Source: Halorarum halobium (GTDB lineage: Archaea; Halobacteriota; Halobacteria; Halobacteriales; Haloferacaceae). Taken from it: a stretch of 64,000 nt of DNA. Positions 10,005 to 19,989 of the stretch are shown piece after piece. The stretch lies in contig NZ_CP134949.1 of assembly GCF_032116555.1 (NCBI RefSeq), positions 3,224,001 through 3,288,000 on the forward strand, read 5' to 3'. The notes under the pieces were generated by a model. The model saw only the letters and a program-made list of their open reading frames with translations. It ran no database searches and was not told the origin of the DNA. Position 1 is the stretch's first letter. Each line of letters starts with the position of its first letter. The position numbers and the translations under genes are program-made.

Positions 10005-10120
10005 GCCGCGAAAGCCCCCACCGTTCGACTCACACGCCCGTTCGGCTTTCGTGACGAACGCCTCGGGAGCCCCCTCGGCCCCGTTCTGTTCCACCCGACC
10101 GCACCGCACCTCGCCCCAGC
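10005..10120 (+). repeat. Degenerate copy of the palindromic intergenic element
   Basis: GAAAGCCCCC at 10010 and GGCCCCGTTCTGTTCCACC at 10077 (3 mismatches to GGCCCCTTTCAGTCCCACC), followed by ACCGCACCGCACCTCGCCCCAGC. Confidence 0.65.
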
Positions 10121-10229
10121 GGGGCTCGCCGTCGTGCGCGTCGGCCGGTTAACTGACGGTCTACGAACGGTCGTCCGAAAACACGAGCCTACCCGCTCGC
10201 CTCCCGGGAGCCGGGAGTCCGACGGCGAA

Positions 10230-10355
10230 CTACTCGTCCTCGTCGCGCTCGTCGGCCTCGACCTCGTCGTCCCGCTCCGGGGAACGCTCGGGCTCGAAGT
10301 TGGTGGGAACGACGGTCGTGTGGTTCACGCCGAGGGTCGGACGTTTGGCGGCCAT
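10230..10355 (-). CDS. Putative small acidic protein (41 aa)
   Basis: MAAKRPTLGVNHTTVVPTNFEPERSPERDDEVEADERDEDE; AT-rich promoter-like tract at about 10385-10408. Confidence 0.6.
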   Translation of the reverse strand: MAAKRPTLGVNHTTVVPTNFEPERSPERDDEVEADERDEDE

Positions 10356-10510
10356 TGACGTCTACACACTACGGCCTCACGACCAAATAATTACCCATAA
10401 TCATAACACATCCGCCGGCCGCCGGCGATGTTCAGGAATCATCGGCCGTGGCGCCTGCTGCCGGTTTCGCGGATCGACGGAGAATCGTGGTCGGCGGGTC
10501 GCGGCCGGAC

Positions 10511-11044
10511 TCAGCCGAAGTGCTCCTCGTAGAGCTCCTGGGCGTGCTCGATGGCGTCGAAGGCGGCCTCCTTGTCCTCCCAGCCGAGGGTTTCGACCTC
10601 CTTGCCCGCCTCGAGGTTCTTGTACGTCGAGAAGAACTCGTCAATCTCATCGAGCTGCTGTTGGGGGATGTCCTCGAGGTCCTGGATGTGGTCGTACCGG
10701 GGGTCCTCCGAGGGGACGGCGATGACCTTGTCGTCCTGCTCGCCGTCGTCGTCCATCTTCATCAGCGCGACCGGCCGGGCCTCGATGACACAGCCCGGGA
10801 ACGTCCGGTCCTCGACGAGCACGAGCACGTCGAACGGGTCCTCGTCGTCGTAGTACGACTGCGGGATGAACCCGTAGTCGGAGGGGTAGTGGACGTTCGA
10901 GTGGAGCACGCGGTCGAGCACGACGCCCGGGACGTCCTTGTCGTACTCGTACTTGTTGCGTTCGCCCTTCAGACACTCCACGACGGCGTAGATCTCCTCG
11001 GGGGCGTTCGGGCCCGTCTCGAGATCTTCCCAGAGGTTGCTCAT
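10511..11044 (-). CDS. ppa: Inorganic pyrophosphatase, family I
   Basis: NKYEYDK, YPSDYGFIP, DEDPFDVLV and DDKVIAV motifs. Confidence 0.96.
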   Translation of the reverse strand: MSNLWEDLETGPNAPEEIYAVVECLKGERNKYEYDKDVPGVVLDRVLHSNVHYPSDYGFIPQSYYDDEDPFDVLVLVEDRTFPGCVIEARPVALMKMDDDGEQDDKVIAVPSEDPRYDHIQDLEDIPQQQLDEIDEFFSTYKNLEAGKEVETLGWEDKEAAFDAIEHAQELYEEHFG

Positions 11045-11321
11045 GCACCACACGATTGCCCGAAACCGGGCAAAGACCTTTCGACACGAGTTTCCACGGG
11101 GCTCGCAACTCGGCTGCCGCCGGCCTCGGGCGGGAACACAGCCGAGGCTTTATTCACCTGGCTGTCCCTTTTTGATGCGAGGCGCACGCCCGGTCCGACG
11201 ACTACGGGGGAACGGTCCGTCGGAAACGCCAGATAGCTACGTCTCCAGCCTTCTAACTGCCGATTACGTCATCCCGGTTGCCAAGCATTAAATAGACAGG
11301 TGACATCTCTTCCGGTATCGC

Positions 11322-11681
11322 ATGTCAGAGGCACAATCCAGGAGCGGCGGTGCGGACGTTGCCCGCGACCTGACCGCGTTTCAACAGAACATCCTCGTCA
11401 TCCTCGCCGAGGAGCCGATGTACGGGTTGGCGATCAAGCGCGAGCTCGAATCGTACTACGACGCCGAGGTGAACCACGGCCGACTCTACCCGAACCTCGA
11501 CGACCTCGTCGAGATGGGCCTCGTCGAGAAGAGCGAACTCGACAAGCGCACGAACCAGTACGCGCTCACCGAGGAGGGCCGCCTCGCGGTCCTCGACCGC
11601 ATCGACTGGGTGCTCTCGAAGTACGTCACCGACGAGGAGCGAGCCGAGGACGTGCGCGAGCGCATCGACCTCGACGACTGA
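11322..11681 (+). CDS. rosR: PadR-family wHTH regulator, probable RosR orthologue
   Basis: YGLAIKRELE..VNHGRLYPNLDDLV; synteny with ppa, rnhA and tfb as recalled for Halobacterium RosR. Confidence 0.75.
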   Translation: MSEAQSRSGGADVARDLTAFQQNILVILAEEPMYGLAIKRELESYYDAEVNHGRLYPNLDDLVEMGLVEKSELDKRTNQYALTEEGRLAVLDRIDWVLSKYVTDEERAEDVRERIDLDD

Positions 11682-11742
11682 ACGGACCGGACGACCTGGT
11701 CGGCCCGGTCGCGCCGACCCGAGGAAACGGGCCGACGACCGA

Positions 11743-12360
11743 CTACTCCGGGGGGGAGTCGTCGGCCGCCTCGATCACGAATCGGACCGACGCCTCCACG
11801 GCGTCCCGCTGTTTTGTCGACGGCCAGGCGTTGCGCGGGAAGTACTCGTCGAGGAACTCCGCCCGCTCGGCGGCCGTCGCGTCCCCGATCCGCTTCGCGT
11901 AGTGGTTGCTCATGAAGTCGGCGAACGCGCGGGCGTTCCGGGCGTGGACGTCGCCGTGTTCCTCCCGGACCCGCTCGACCAGCGCCTCGTTGCGCGCCTC
12001 GACCGCCTCCCAGTCGTCGGGGTCGTCGGCTCCCGAGAGCGAGCGTTCGGCGGCGCGCGAGGTGTCCTCGATCCGCTCGACCCGGGCCACGCCGTCGTCG
12101 AGCCACTCCTCGGGATGCAACACGAGGGTGTCGTCCGCCTCCCGCACCCGCGCCGTGTAGTCGTGTTCCGCCAGCCGTTCCCGCCGGTCCTCGCGGTACG
12201 CGGCCGCCTCGTCCCCGTCGACCGCCTCGCGGGCCAGCCGTGTGAGTCGCTCCGCGGCCTCGACGACCGGTTCCGGCAGTTCGTCAGTGGGGTCACTGCC
12301 CGAAGTCGCCCCCGAACCAGCCTCCCCCGCCCCGTCGCCGCCGTTCTGCTCACCCGTCAT
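11743..12360 (-). CDS. Conserved haloarchaeal rnhA-operon protein
   Basis: Acidic ORF overlapping the rnhA stop; FADFMSNHY and YFPRNAWP motifs. Confidence 0.8.
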   Translation of the reverse strand: MTGEQNGGDGAGEAGSGATSGSDPTDELPEPVVEAAERLTRLAREAVDGDEAAAYREDRRERLAEHDYTARVREADDTLVLHPEEWLDDGVARVERIEDTSRAAERSLSGADDPDDWEAVEARNEALVERVREEHGDVHARNARAFADFMSNHYAKRIGDATAAERAEFLDEYFPRNAWPSTKQRDAVEASVRFVIEAADDSPPE

Positions 12361-12943
12361 CGAACGCCTCGTTCGCCAGTTCGTCCGCGCGCTCGTTGAT
12401 CTCGCGGGGAACGTGTTCGAGCGACCACCGGTCGAACCCCTCCAGCAGTTCGCGAGCCCGAACCCGCTTCTCGCGCAGCGTCGGCTCGTTCACCTGCCAC
12501 TCGCCCCGGACCTGCTTGACGACGAGTTGGGAATCGCCCCGCAGGTCGAGTTCGGCCAGGCCGTAGTCGCGTGCGGCCTCCACCGCCCGGACGAGCGCGG
12601 CGTACTCGGCCTTGTTGTTCGTCGTGTCGTCGATACGCTCGGAGCCCTCGGCGACGACGCCGTCGCTCGTGACGATCGCCCAGCCGACGGCTGCCGGGCC
12701 GGGGTTCCCGCGCGAGGCGCCGTCGAAGTAGACGTGGCCGCGGCCGCCGCCGTCCTGAAGCAGCGTCGTCAGCCGCGCCGGGTCGCTCCCCTGCACGACG
12801 ACCTTGTCGTCGTAGGCGACCGCGGTCGCGCCGCCGTGTTCGGCGCGCCAGCGCTCGTGGTCCGTGTTGCCTCCCGTGACGGTGACTCCGGCCGCCGCGA
12901 GCCTGTCCCTGGCGGCGCCGGGATCACCCTCGATAACCGGCAT
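12350..12943 (-). CDS. rnhA: Ribonuclease HI with N-terminal extension
   Basis: YFDGASRGNPG, TNNKAEY, GDSQLV and HVPREINERADELAN motifs. Confidence 0.95.
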   Translation of the reverse strand: MPVIEGDPGAARDRLAAAGVTVTGGNTDHERWRAEHGGATAVAYDDKVVVQGSDPARLTTLLQDGGGRGHVYFDGASRGNPGPAAVGWAIVTSDGVVAEGSERIDDTTNNKAEYAALVRAVEAARDYGLAELDLRGDSQLVVKQVRGEWQVNEPTLREKRVRARELLEGFDRWSLEHVPREINERADELANEAFDDG

Positions 12944-13083
12944 ACTCCCCGATCCGACCCCGCGCGGCGAAAGCGTTCCGCTCCGGCCGTCTCGGTTCCC
13001 TCGATCGGGCCGCCGCCGGCCCCTTTCGGTCGACCTGCCACGCGAACTTTCAAGTCCCACGCGAGGGATAATATAAAACTGCG

Positions 13084-14064
13084 ATGACACGGCCCACCCG
13101 CCAGCGCGAGGGAAACGAGCGACGAGAGTGGCGAGACAGTGGGGAGTCGGAGACGACCGAGGAGACCGACGACGTCGACCTCGACGAGGTGGACGAGGAG
13201 GATCTGGTTCGGACGGGCGACGGCGAGTTGATGCACGAGCCGACCGGCATCATCCTCGAGGAGGACCGGATCGACCCCGGTCCCGAGTGGCGCGCGTTCA
13301 ACCACTCCGAGCGGCAGGAGAAGTCCCGCGTCGGCGCGCCGACGACGAACACGATGCACGACAAGGGGCTGACGACGACGATCGACTGGAAGGATCAGGA
13401 CGCGTACGGGCGGTCGATCTCCTCGAAGAAGCGCTCCCAGATGCATCGGCTGCGCAAGTGGCAAGAGCGGATCCGCACGAAGGACGCGGGCGAGCGCAAC
13501 CTGCAGTTCGCGCTCTCGGAGATCGACCGGATGGCCTCGGCACTCGGCGTTCCCCGGAGCGTCCGGGAGGTCGCGTCGGTCATCTACCGGCGCGCGCTGA
13601 AGGAGGACCTCATCCGCGGCCGCTCCATCGAGGGCGTCTCCACGTCCACCCTCTATGCGGCGTGCCGAAAGGAGGGCATCCCGCGCTCGCTCGACGAGGT
13701 CGCGGAGGTCTCGCGCGTCGAGCAGAAGGAGATCGGCCGAACCTATCGCTACATTTCCCAGGAGCTCGGCCTGGAGATGAAGCCCGTCGACCCGAAGAAG
13801 TACGTCCCCCGGTTCAGCTCCGAACTCGAACTCAGCGAGGAGGTCCAGAACAAGGCGAACGACATCATCGAGACGACCGCCGAGCAGGGACTGCTCTCGG
13901 GCAAGTCCCCGACCGGCTTCGCCGCGGCGGCCATCTACGCCGCCTCCCTGCTCTGCAACGAGAAGAAGACCCAGCGCGAGGTCGCCGACGTCGCCCAGGT
14001 GACCGAGGTCACCATCCGCAACCGCTACCAGGAGCAGATCGAGGCGATGGGCATTCACAGCTAG
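13084..14064 (+). CDS. tfb: Transcription initiation factor IIB (TFB)
   Basis: [22 protein letters not shown] and [10 protein letters not shown] cyclin repeats. Confidence 0.97.
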   Translation: MTRPTRQREGNERREWRDSGESETTEETDDVDLDEVDEEDLVRTGDGELMHEPTGIILEEDRIDPGPEWRAFNHSERQEKSRVGAPTTNTMHDKGLTTTIDWKDQDAYGRSISSKKRSQMHRLRKWQERIRTKDAGERNLQFALSEIDRMASALGVPRSVREVASVIYRRALKEDLIRGRSIEGVSTSTLYAACRKEGIPRSLDEVAEVSRVEQKEIGRTYRYISQELGLEMKPVDPKKYVPRFSSELELSEEVQNKANDIIETTAEQGLLSGKSPTGFAAAAIYAASLLCNEKKTQREVADVAQVTEVTIRNRYQEQIEAMGIHS

Positions 14065-14387
14065 ATCCCCGACGTCTCCGCCGACTCCCCCCTCGACTCG
14101 CCGTTTTCCGCCGATCCCGCTGCCGGCGTTTCCTCCCACACCGCGACGCGTAGCTTCAAATACGGTGACGGGGCCACCACCGCCGGACCTGATCGCCGAC
14201 GCGCGGCGTCCAGCGGTCGTCTCCGGGTCGGACGGGAGCCGGCCCGGATACCCGCGACGCACCGCCGCGCGACCCCGCAGCCCGCGTCGCCCGTCAGCCC
14301 CATCTCCCGACGAACCGAACGACCCGCGTTTCAGTTTCACCCGGCCACGGGAACGTTGAAGCCGACTCGGCCGCTAGCCTCGCCCGA

Positions 14388-15653
14388 ATGAAGCTGGACG
14401 ACTTCATGGAGTTCGAGGTGAACGAGCGCGCCGAGCGCCGCCGCCTCGCCTCTGAGAAGTCCTACGAACTCCTCGATCAGATGGAGTCGTTCCAGCACCG
14501 GTTCGAGGAGGCCACGAGCGGCGACTCCATGTTCGGCTCCGTCTCGCCGTCCATCTTCGTCGGTCGTTCGAACTACCCGAAAGTCTCGACCGGGATCCTC
14601 TCGCCGGTGGGCCACGAGGCGGACGCCGCCCGGTTCGAGACGAACGCCGGCTGGTACGACGAGGGCGTCTCCATCTCGGACGTGTTCGAGCGGCGCACCT
14701 CGCTGCTCAACTCCAACCGGGCGGCCGACGTGACGAACGTCCACGACGCCTGGGACGGCTTCCTCGGCACCCAGCGCGAGGTCGCCATCGCTGACCGCCC
14801 GGTCGACGTGGAGATCGGCCTCGACGACGGGCCGGACCTGGACTTCGACGTCACCGAGGACGACGTCGCCACGCCGACCGGCCCGCGGGCGCGGGCCGAA
14901 TCCGCGAAACTGACCGAGAACCCGCACGTGCCGCGGCCGGTCGAGAAGACGCTGGAGGACGACGACTGGAACGCCGAGGGCGCGATGACGTACCTCTACC
15001 GCCGCGGGCTGGACGTGTACGACATCAACACGGTGCTCTCGGCGGGCGCGCTCGGCCGGGGCGAGAACCGACGGCTCGTCCCGACCAGATGGTCGATCAC
15101 CGCCGTCGACGACACCGTGAGCAAGTACCTCCGGGGAACCGTCCGAGACGCCCCGAGCGTCGACTCCATCCAGGTGTGGCGCAACGAGTACCTCGGCAAC
15201 GCGTTCTGGGTCGTGCTCGCGCCCGGCGACTGGGAGTACGAACTCGTCGAGATGAAGGCGCCGGGGAGCATCTGGAACCCGGATCCCGTGGCGGGAGTTG
15301 CGATGTCGAGCGCCCACGAGAACCGCGACGGTCGGACCGGCTACGTCGACGAGACGGCGGGGGCCTACTACGCCGCTCGACTCGGCGTGCTCGAACACCT
15401 CTCGGCCGAGGGGCGCCAGGCCAAGGTGCTCGTCCTCCGGCACGTCTCTGACGACTACTGGGGACCGGTCGGCGTCTGGCAGATCCGCGAGGCGGTCCGC
15501 AACGCGTTCGAGGGCGAACACGGCGAGGCCGAGACGTTCGCCACAGCGGTCCGGTCGGTGGCCGACCACCTGCCGGTGTCGCCGGGCCGTCTCCGGTCGA
15601 AGTCCACGATGGTCGCGGGACTACAGTCGAGCCTCGCGGACTTCGGGGCGTAG
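14388..15653 (+). CDS. nreA: DNA repair protein NreA
   Basis: PSIFVGRSNYP, LVPTRWSITAVD and GAYYAARL motifs; C-terminal PIP box QSSLADF. Confidence 0.92.
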   Translation: MKLDDFMEFEVNERAERRRLASEKSYELLDQMESFQHRFEEATSGDSMFGSVSPSIFVGRSNYPKVSTGILSPVGHEADAARFETNAGWYDEGVSISDVFERRTSLLNSNRAADVTNVHDAWDGFLGTQREVAIADRPVDVEIGLDDGPDLDFDVTEDDVATPTGPRARAESAKLTENPHVPRPVEKTLEDDDWNAEGAMTYLYRRGLDVYDINTVLSAGALGRGENRRLVPTRWSITAVDDTVSKYLRGTVRDAPSVDSIQVWRNEYLGNAFWVVLAPGDWEYELVEMKAPGSIWNPDPVAGVAMSSAHENRDGRTGYVDETAGAYYAARLGVLEHLSAEGRQAKVLVLRHVSDDYWGPVGVWQIREAVRNAFEGEHGEAETFATAVRSVADHLPVSPGRLRSKSTMVAGLQSSLADFGA

Positions 15654-15685
15654 GACTTACCCCGCCGCTCGCGCTGAGTGGAGCC

Positions 15686-16021
15686 ATGGTCCCACTGTTC
15701 GGCGCCGTCCCCGGCGGGCCGGAACTGCTCATCATCCTCCTCGTGCTCGTGCTGCTGTTCGGGATTCCGCTGGTCCTGCTGCTGGGCGGCGGCGTCCTCG
15801 GCGTGAAACTGTTCGCCGACTCCGGGAACGAGGACGGTCGCGTCGACGAACTGGAGCGGGAACTCTCGGAGACGAAAGCGGAACTCCGCGAACTTCGGGA
15901 CCAGCGGGACGGGGACTCGGGCGCGACTGGCTCCGGAGACGCGGGACCCGACGCGACGGACCGGAGCGACCGAACCGACGGACGCGACCCGGACGATCAG
16001 ACGGAGTCGAGGTCCCCGTAG
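15686..16021 (+). CDS. Small membrane protein with TatA-like N-terminus and coiled-coil tail
   Basis: PLFGAVPGGPELLIILLVLVLLFG followed by a second hydrophobic segment and RVDELERELSETKAEL. Confidence 0.65.
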   Translation: MVPLFGAVPGGPELLIILLVLVLLFGIPLVLLLGGGVLGVKLFADSGNEDGRVDELERELSETKAELRELRDQRDGDSGATGSGDAGPDATDRSDRTDGRDPDDQTESRSP

Positions 16022-16446
16022 GCCGCGTCGACCATCTCGCCGGTCTCCGAGATAATCTCGTCGATCGCCTCGCGGTCGGCATCCAGCCCGAGCAGCCGCG
16101 CGATCCGCATGATGCTCACGTGGTACACCGTCTGCACGCCGGGTTCCTCCTCCCGGATGACGACGTTGCAGGGGAACAGCGCGCCGAGCCGTCCGTCGGT
16201 CGCGTCGAGCGCGCGGTCGGCCATCGCCGGGTTGCACGCGCCGAGGACGTAGTACGGGTCGCGGTCGGCGTCCACCTTCTCGTTCAGCAACTCCGCGGGC
16301 GAGAACTCGACGGGAACCCCGAACCCGTGGCGCTCGAACGTCTCGCGGACGTGCTCGATCGCCTCCTCGTGGTCGAGTTCCAGCCTCGCGCGTTTCTCGC
16401 CGACGTCGCCCGAGGAGACGGCCTCGGGATCGAACGGGAGCGTCAT
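15997..16446 (-). CDS. DUF302-like protein
   Basis: HGFGV, YYVLGACNP and GALFPCNVV motifs. Confidence 0.85.
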   Translation of the reverse strand: MTLPFDPEAVSSGDVGEKRARLELDHEEAIEHVRETFERHGFGVPVEFSPAELLNEKVDADRDPYYVLGACNPAMADRALDATDGRLGALFPCNVVIREEEPGVQTVYHVSIMRIARLLGLDADREAIDEIISETGEMVDAAYGDLDSV

Positions 16447-16477
16447 GACCCGCGGTTCGGGACGGGTCCGGAAAAGG

Positions 16478-16768
16478 TTACTCGGCGGTCTCGACGGGGC
16501 CGCGACCGACGGCGTCCTCGACGGCCGAGACGAACGTCTGTCGGCGGTCGAAGTACGTCACGTCCACCGCTTCGAGCACGTCGGCCAGTTCGCAGGGGCC
16601 GTCGGGCGTCCGGACGGTCGCGTCGCCCTCCTTCTCGACGATGCGGGACTTCTCCTGGGGCCAGGTGAGCCGCGAGGCGACCCGGGCGACCGGCGCGCCC
16701 TCGACGGCGGGGCCCTCGCTGAGTTCGACGGCGGGCTCTTCCGGCTCCTCGGATTCGTCGTCAGCCAT
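16478..16768 (-). CDS. Conserved haloarchaeal hypothetical protein
   Basis: Acidic ORF with ARVASRLTWP and RTPDGP motifs. Confidence 0.75.
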   Translation of the reverse strand: MADDESEEPEEPAVELSEGPAVEGAPVARVASRLTWPQEKSRIVEKEGDATVRTPDGPCELADVLEAVDVTYFDRRQTFVSAVEDAVGRGPVETAE

Positions 16769-16950
16769 GAACGACGGTTCGAAAGCGGCCCGTGTAATCC
16801 TTTCCGTTCGCGGCGTCTCGGCGGCGTCGGCGACCCCTCACGGTCGGGCACCCGACCCCGTCGGCCGGCCGTGAACGGGTCGACTCCGGCTCCGACGGGC
16901 ATCGCCGCGTCTGACATACTGTTTTGTGTGATGCTCTCATAGACCGGGTC

Positions 16951-17976
16951 ATGACCAGTTTGGGGGAGGTGTACGAGGGCAAGGTGGGGGAGTACGCCAC
17001 CCTCCGGCGACTGTATCTCGGGGTCGGGTTGTTCCTCCTCGGCGCGCTTCTCGTCATCTGTGGCATCGTCGTCGCGTCGACGGACGTCGCCATCGGCGCG
17101 CTCGGCCTCGCCGGTGCCCGGCAGTACGGCGGCGTGCTCGGCGGCCTCGGCGTCCCGGCGGTGTTTCTCGGCATCTTCACGGTCCTCCCCACCGGGCGAC
17201 GAACGCGAGCCGCGGCCGTCATCGGCGCCGGCGTCGCGGTGCTGGGCGTCGCCCTGTTCGCACACGCGTACCCGTGTCAGTGGTCCGGCTCGAACTGCGG
17301 CGCGGGGCTCGTCGACCTCACGCTCCCGACCGCTGCGGTGTACTTCGTCGGCACCATCACGACGTTCTGGTGTCTGTTCGTCGGCGTCGCCAACTTCAAG
17401 TCGCGCAACGACCCCGGCGGCACCGTTCGCCTGCAGGTGACGCGCGAGGGCGAGACCGAGATCATCGAGGTCCCGGCCTCCCAGGTCTCGGAGGTCGACG
17501 GCGCGAAGGGCGCGATGGGTCAGTTCGGCGGCGTCGGCTTCATGGGCTCGACCCCGGACGGCGACGTCGACACCCAGACCAACCGCCGACGGGCGGAGGA
17601 GCGCGGGCGCGAATCCGAACTCGACTCGACCGTCAGCGACGGCGGGGCCTCCGCGAGGAACGTCCAGCACCTCCGCGAGGAGGGCGGATCGGCGTCGGGG
17701 TCGCGTTCCGGCGGCGCCGACCGGTCGGGACCGACCGCGGCGACGACCGCGCCCGACTCCCCATCGTCCGGTCCGAGCGGGCCGACCGCCGGGGGGACGG
17801 CAGGGTCCGCCGGCGGCGACTCGGCGGGCAGATCGCGGAACGCCGGCGACGCGTACTGCGGGTCCTGCGGCCACTTCCAGTACGTCCGGACCGAGAACGG
17901 CATGCAGCCCTACTGCGGCCTCCACGACGACCTCATGGACGACATGGAGGCCTGCGAGGAGTGGAACCCCCGGTAA
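16951..17976 (+). CDS. Membrane protein with four TM helices, a disordered linker and a C-terminal Cys cluster
   Basis: Hydrophobic N-terminal half; C-terminal YCGSCGHF...YCGLH...ACEEW. Confidence 0.8.
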   Translation: MTSLGEVYEGKVGEYATLRRLYLGVGLFLLGALLVICGIVVASTDVAIGALGLAGARQYGGVLGGLGVPAVFLGIFTVLPTGRRTRAAAVIGAGVAVLGVALFAHAYPCQWSGSNCGAGLVDLTLPTAAVYFVGTITTFWCLFVGVANFKSRNDPGGTVRLQVTREGETEIIEVPASQVSEVDGAKGAMGQFGGVGFMGSTPDGDVDTQTNRRRAEERGRESELDSTVSDGGASARNVQHLREEGGSASGSRSGGADRSGPTAATTAPDSPSSGPSGPTAGGTAGSAGGDSAGRSRNAGDAYCGSCGHFQYVRTENGMQPYCGLHDDLMDDMEACEEWNPR

Positions 17977-18142
17977 GGCGGGGGCAGCCCCGTCAGAACG
18001 GCTCCTCGATCCGGGTCCGGGCCTCGTCCCGGTCGCCTCCCACCCGGAAGCACTACCCGCCGGCGGGACGGCGCCGGAGTTCCTCGTCCGCGAGACCGTC
18101 AGGCACGTAATCCCGGGTGCGGTCCGAATCGGGGGCGGACCG

Positions 18143-19918
18143 TCAGCCGTCGAGGAACTCGCGCAGGCCCTCCGGATCGAGCGCGTTCACGACGTCCGCC
18201 GGTTCGGCCCAGCCGCGTCTGGCGGTGTGGACGCCGTAGCGGACGTACTCGAACTCCGCGGGCGAGTGGGCGTCCGTGTTGATCGCGACCGGCGCGCCCG
18301 CCTCGACCGCGGCGCGGACGCCGTCGCCGTTGACGTCGAGCCGCGCCGGGTTGGCGTTCACCTCGATGGCGGTGTCGGCTGTCGCCGCCGCCTCGGCGAG
18401 TCGCTCGAAGTCGACGTCCAGCCCGGCGCGCTCGTTGATGAGCCGGCCGGTCGGGTGACCGAGCACGTCCACGTGCGGGTGTTCGACCGCGCGGACCAGC
18501 CGCTCGGTCGCCTCGCCCTGGCCGAGCGCCGCGTGCGGGGAGGCGATCACGAGGTCGAGTTCGGCGAGCAGGTCGTCGCTCGTCGTCACGTCGCCGTCGG
18601 CGTCGACGTTCGCCTCGACGCCGTGGAACACGGCGATGTCGCTCCCTTCGCGGACCTGCTCGACCTCGGCGGCCTGCTCGCGCACGTCCTCGTCCGACAG
18701 CCCCGCGTCGCCGAACACGCCGGGTCCCTCGGCGTGGTCGGTCACGCAGTGGTAGTCGTACCCCCGCTCGGCGGCGGCATCGACCATCTCTTCGATCGTG
18801 TTGGCCCCGTCCGACCACTCGGTATGGGTGTGCAGGTCGCCCCTGACGTCGGCCTCCACGAGCAGGTCGGGCAACTCGCCGTCGAGCGCGGCCTGAACTT
18901 CGCCCGTGTCCCGCCGGATCTCGGGCGGAAAGACGGGCAGGTCGAGCGGTTCGTACACCTCGGCCTCCGTCGCCCCGCCGAGGCGCTCTCCCGCCCGCTG
19001 GTCGGGGTCGTCGGTTCCGCCGGACTCCGTCCGGCTCTCCGAGGCGCTCCGCGCCTCGCTGACGTCGAAGATGCCGTACTCGTTCATCTTCAGCCCCCTG
19101 TCGACCGCGAGGTTGCGGACACGGACGTTGTGCGCCTTCGACCCGGTGAAGTACTGGAGGGCGGCGCCGTACTCGTCGGGAACGACGACCCGGAGGTCGA
19201 CCCGGACGCCGTCCGCGCGGACGCTCGCCTTCTGGTCGCCGGCCTCGATGACGTCGTCCGCGGCCGACCAGTCGGTGAAGGCGTCCACCACGGCGGGGCC
19301 GGCCTCGCTGGCGACGAGCACGTCCACGTCGCCGATGGTGTCCTTCCACCGCCGGATGGAGCCGGCGACCTCGGCCTCCGCCACCGCGTCGGCGCCGCGC
19401 AGGTACGCCAGGGCGTCGTCCGCGAGCGGCCGGGCGACGCCGAGCCGCTGGCGCTCGCCCGCCTGTCTGGCGAACGCGACGTTCTCCAGGATGTTCTCCT
19501 CGGTCTTCGGGCCGAACCCCTTCACCTGCTGAATCTCACCCGCCTCGGCGGCCGCTTCGAGTTCGTCCAGCGTCGTGATCCCAAGTTCCTCGTACAGCGT
19601 GCCGACCGTCTTCGGGCCGACGCCCTCGACCCGCGTCAGGGCGACCATGTCGACCGGGAGGTCGGCGCGGAGTTCCTCGAGTTCCTCGATCTCGCCGGTC
19701 TCGACGTACTCGACGATCTTGCTCGCGATGGCGTCGCCGACCTGGTCGATCTCCGCGACCGCGTCCTCGCCCTCGGCGGCCATGTCCTCGATCGCCCGCG
19801 GGTGGTCGCGGACGTTGTCCGCGGCCCGCCTGTACGCGTTCGGCTTGTAGGCGACGTCCCGAGCCTCCAGCAGGTCCGCGAACTCCTCCAGCAGCGCGGC
19901 GACCTCTGCGTTCCTCAT
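18143..19918 (-). CDS. polX: DNA polymerase X / PHP 3'-5' exonuclease
   Basis: HhH motifs, AGSIRR..TIGDVDVL, YFTGSKAHN and PHP motifs DLHTHT and NTDAH. Confidence 0.95.
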   Translation of the reverse strand: MRNAEVAALLEEFADLLEARDVAYKPNAYRRAADNVRDHPRAIEDMAAEGEDAVAEIDQVGDAIASKIVEYVETGEIEELEELRADLPVDMVALTRVEGVGPKTVGTLYEELGITTLDELEAAAEAGEIQQVKGFGPKTEENILENVAFARQAGERQRLGVARPLADDALAYLRGADAVAEAEVAGSIRRWKDTIGDVDVLVASEAGPAVVDAFTDWSAADDVIEAGDQKASVRADGVRVDLRVVVPDEYGAALQYFTGSKAHNVRVRNLAVDRGLKMNEYGIFDVSEARSASESRTESGGTDDPDQRAGERLGGATEAEVYEPLDLPVFPPEIRRDTGEVQAALDGELPDLLVEADVRGDLHTHTEWSDGANTIEEMVDAAAERGYDYHCVTDHAEGPGVFGDAGLSDEDVREQAAEVEQVREGSDIAVFHGVEANVDADGDVTTSDDLLAELDLVIASPHAALGQGEATERLVRAVEHPHVDVLGHPTGRLINERAGLDVDFERLAEAAATADTAIEVNANPARLDVNGDGVRAAVEAGAPVAINTDAHSPAEFEYVRYGVHTARRGWAEPADVVNALDPEGLREFLDG

Positions 19919-19989
19919 CGGTGGTGTCTCCGCGCGGACGGGACTTAGAACGACGGGCCGAGTCGGGGCGGGGGGACGTGCGGCCCGCT

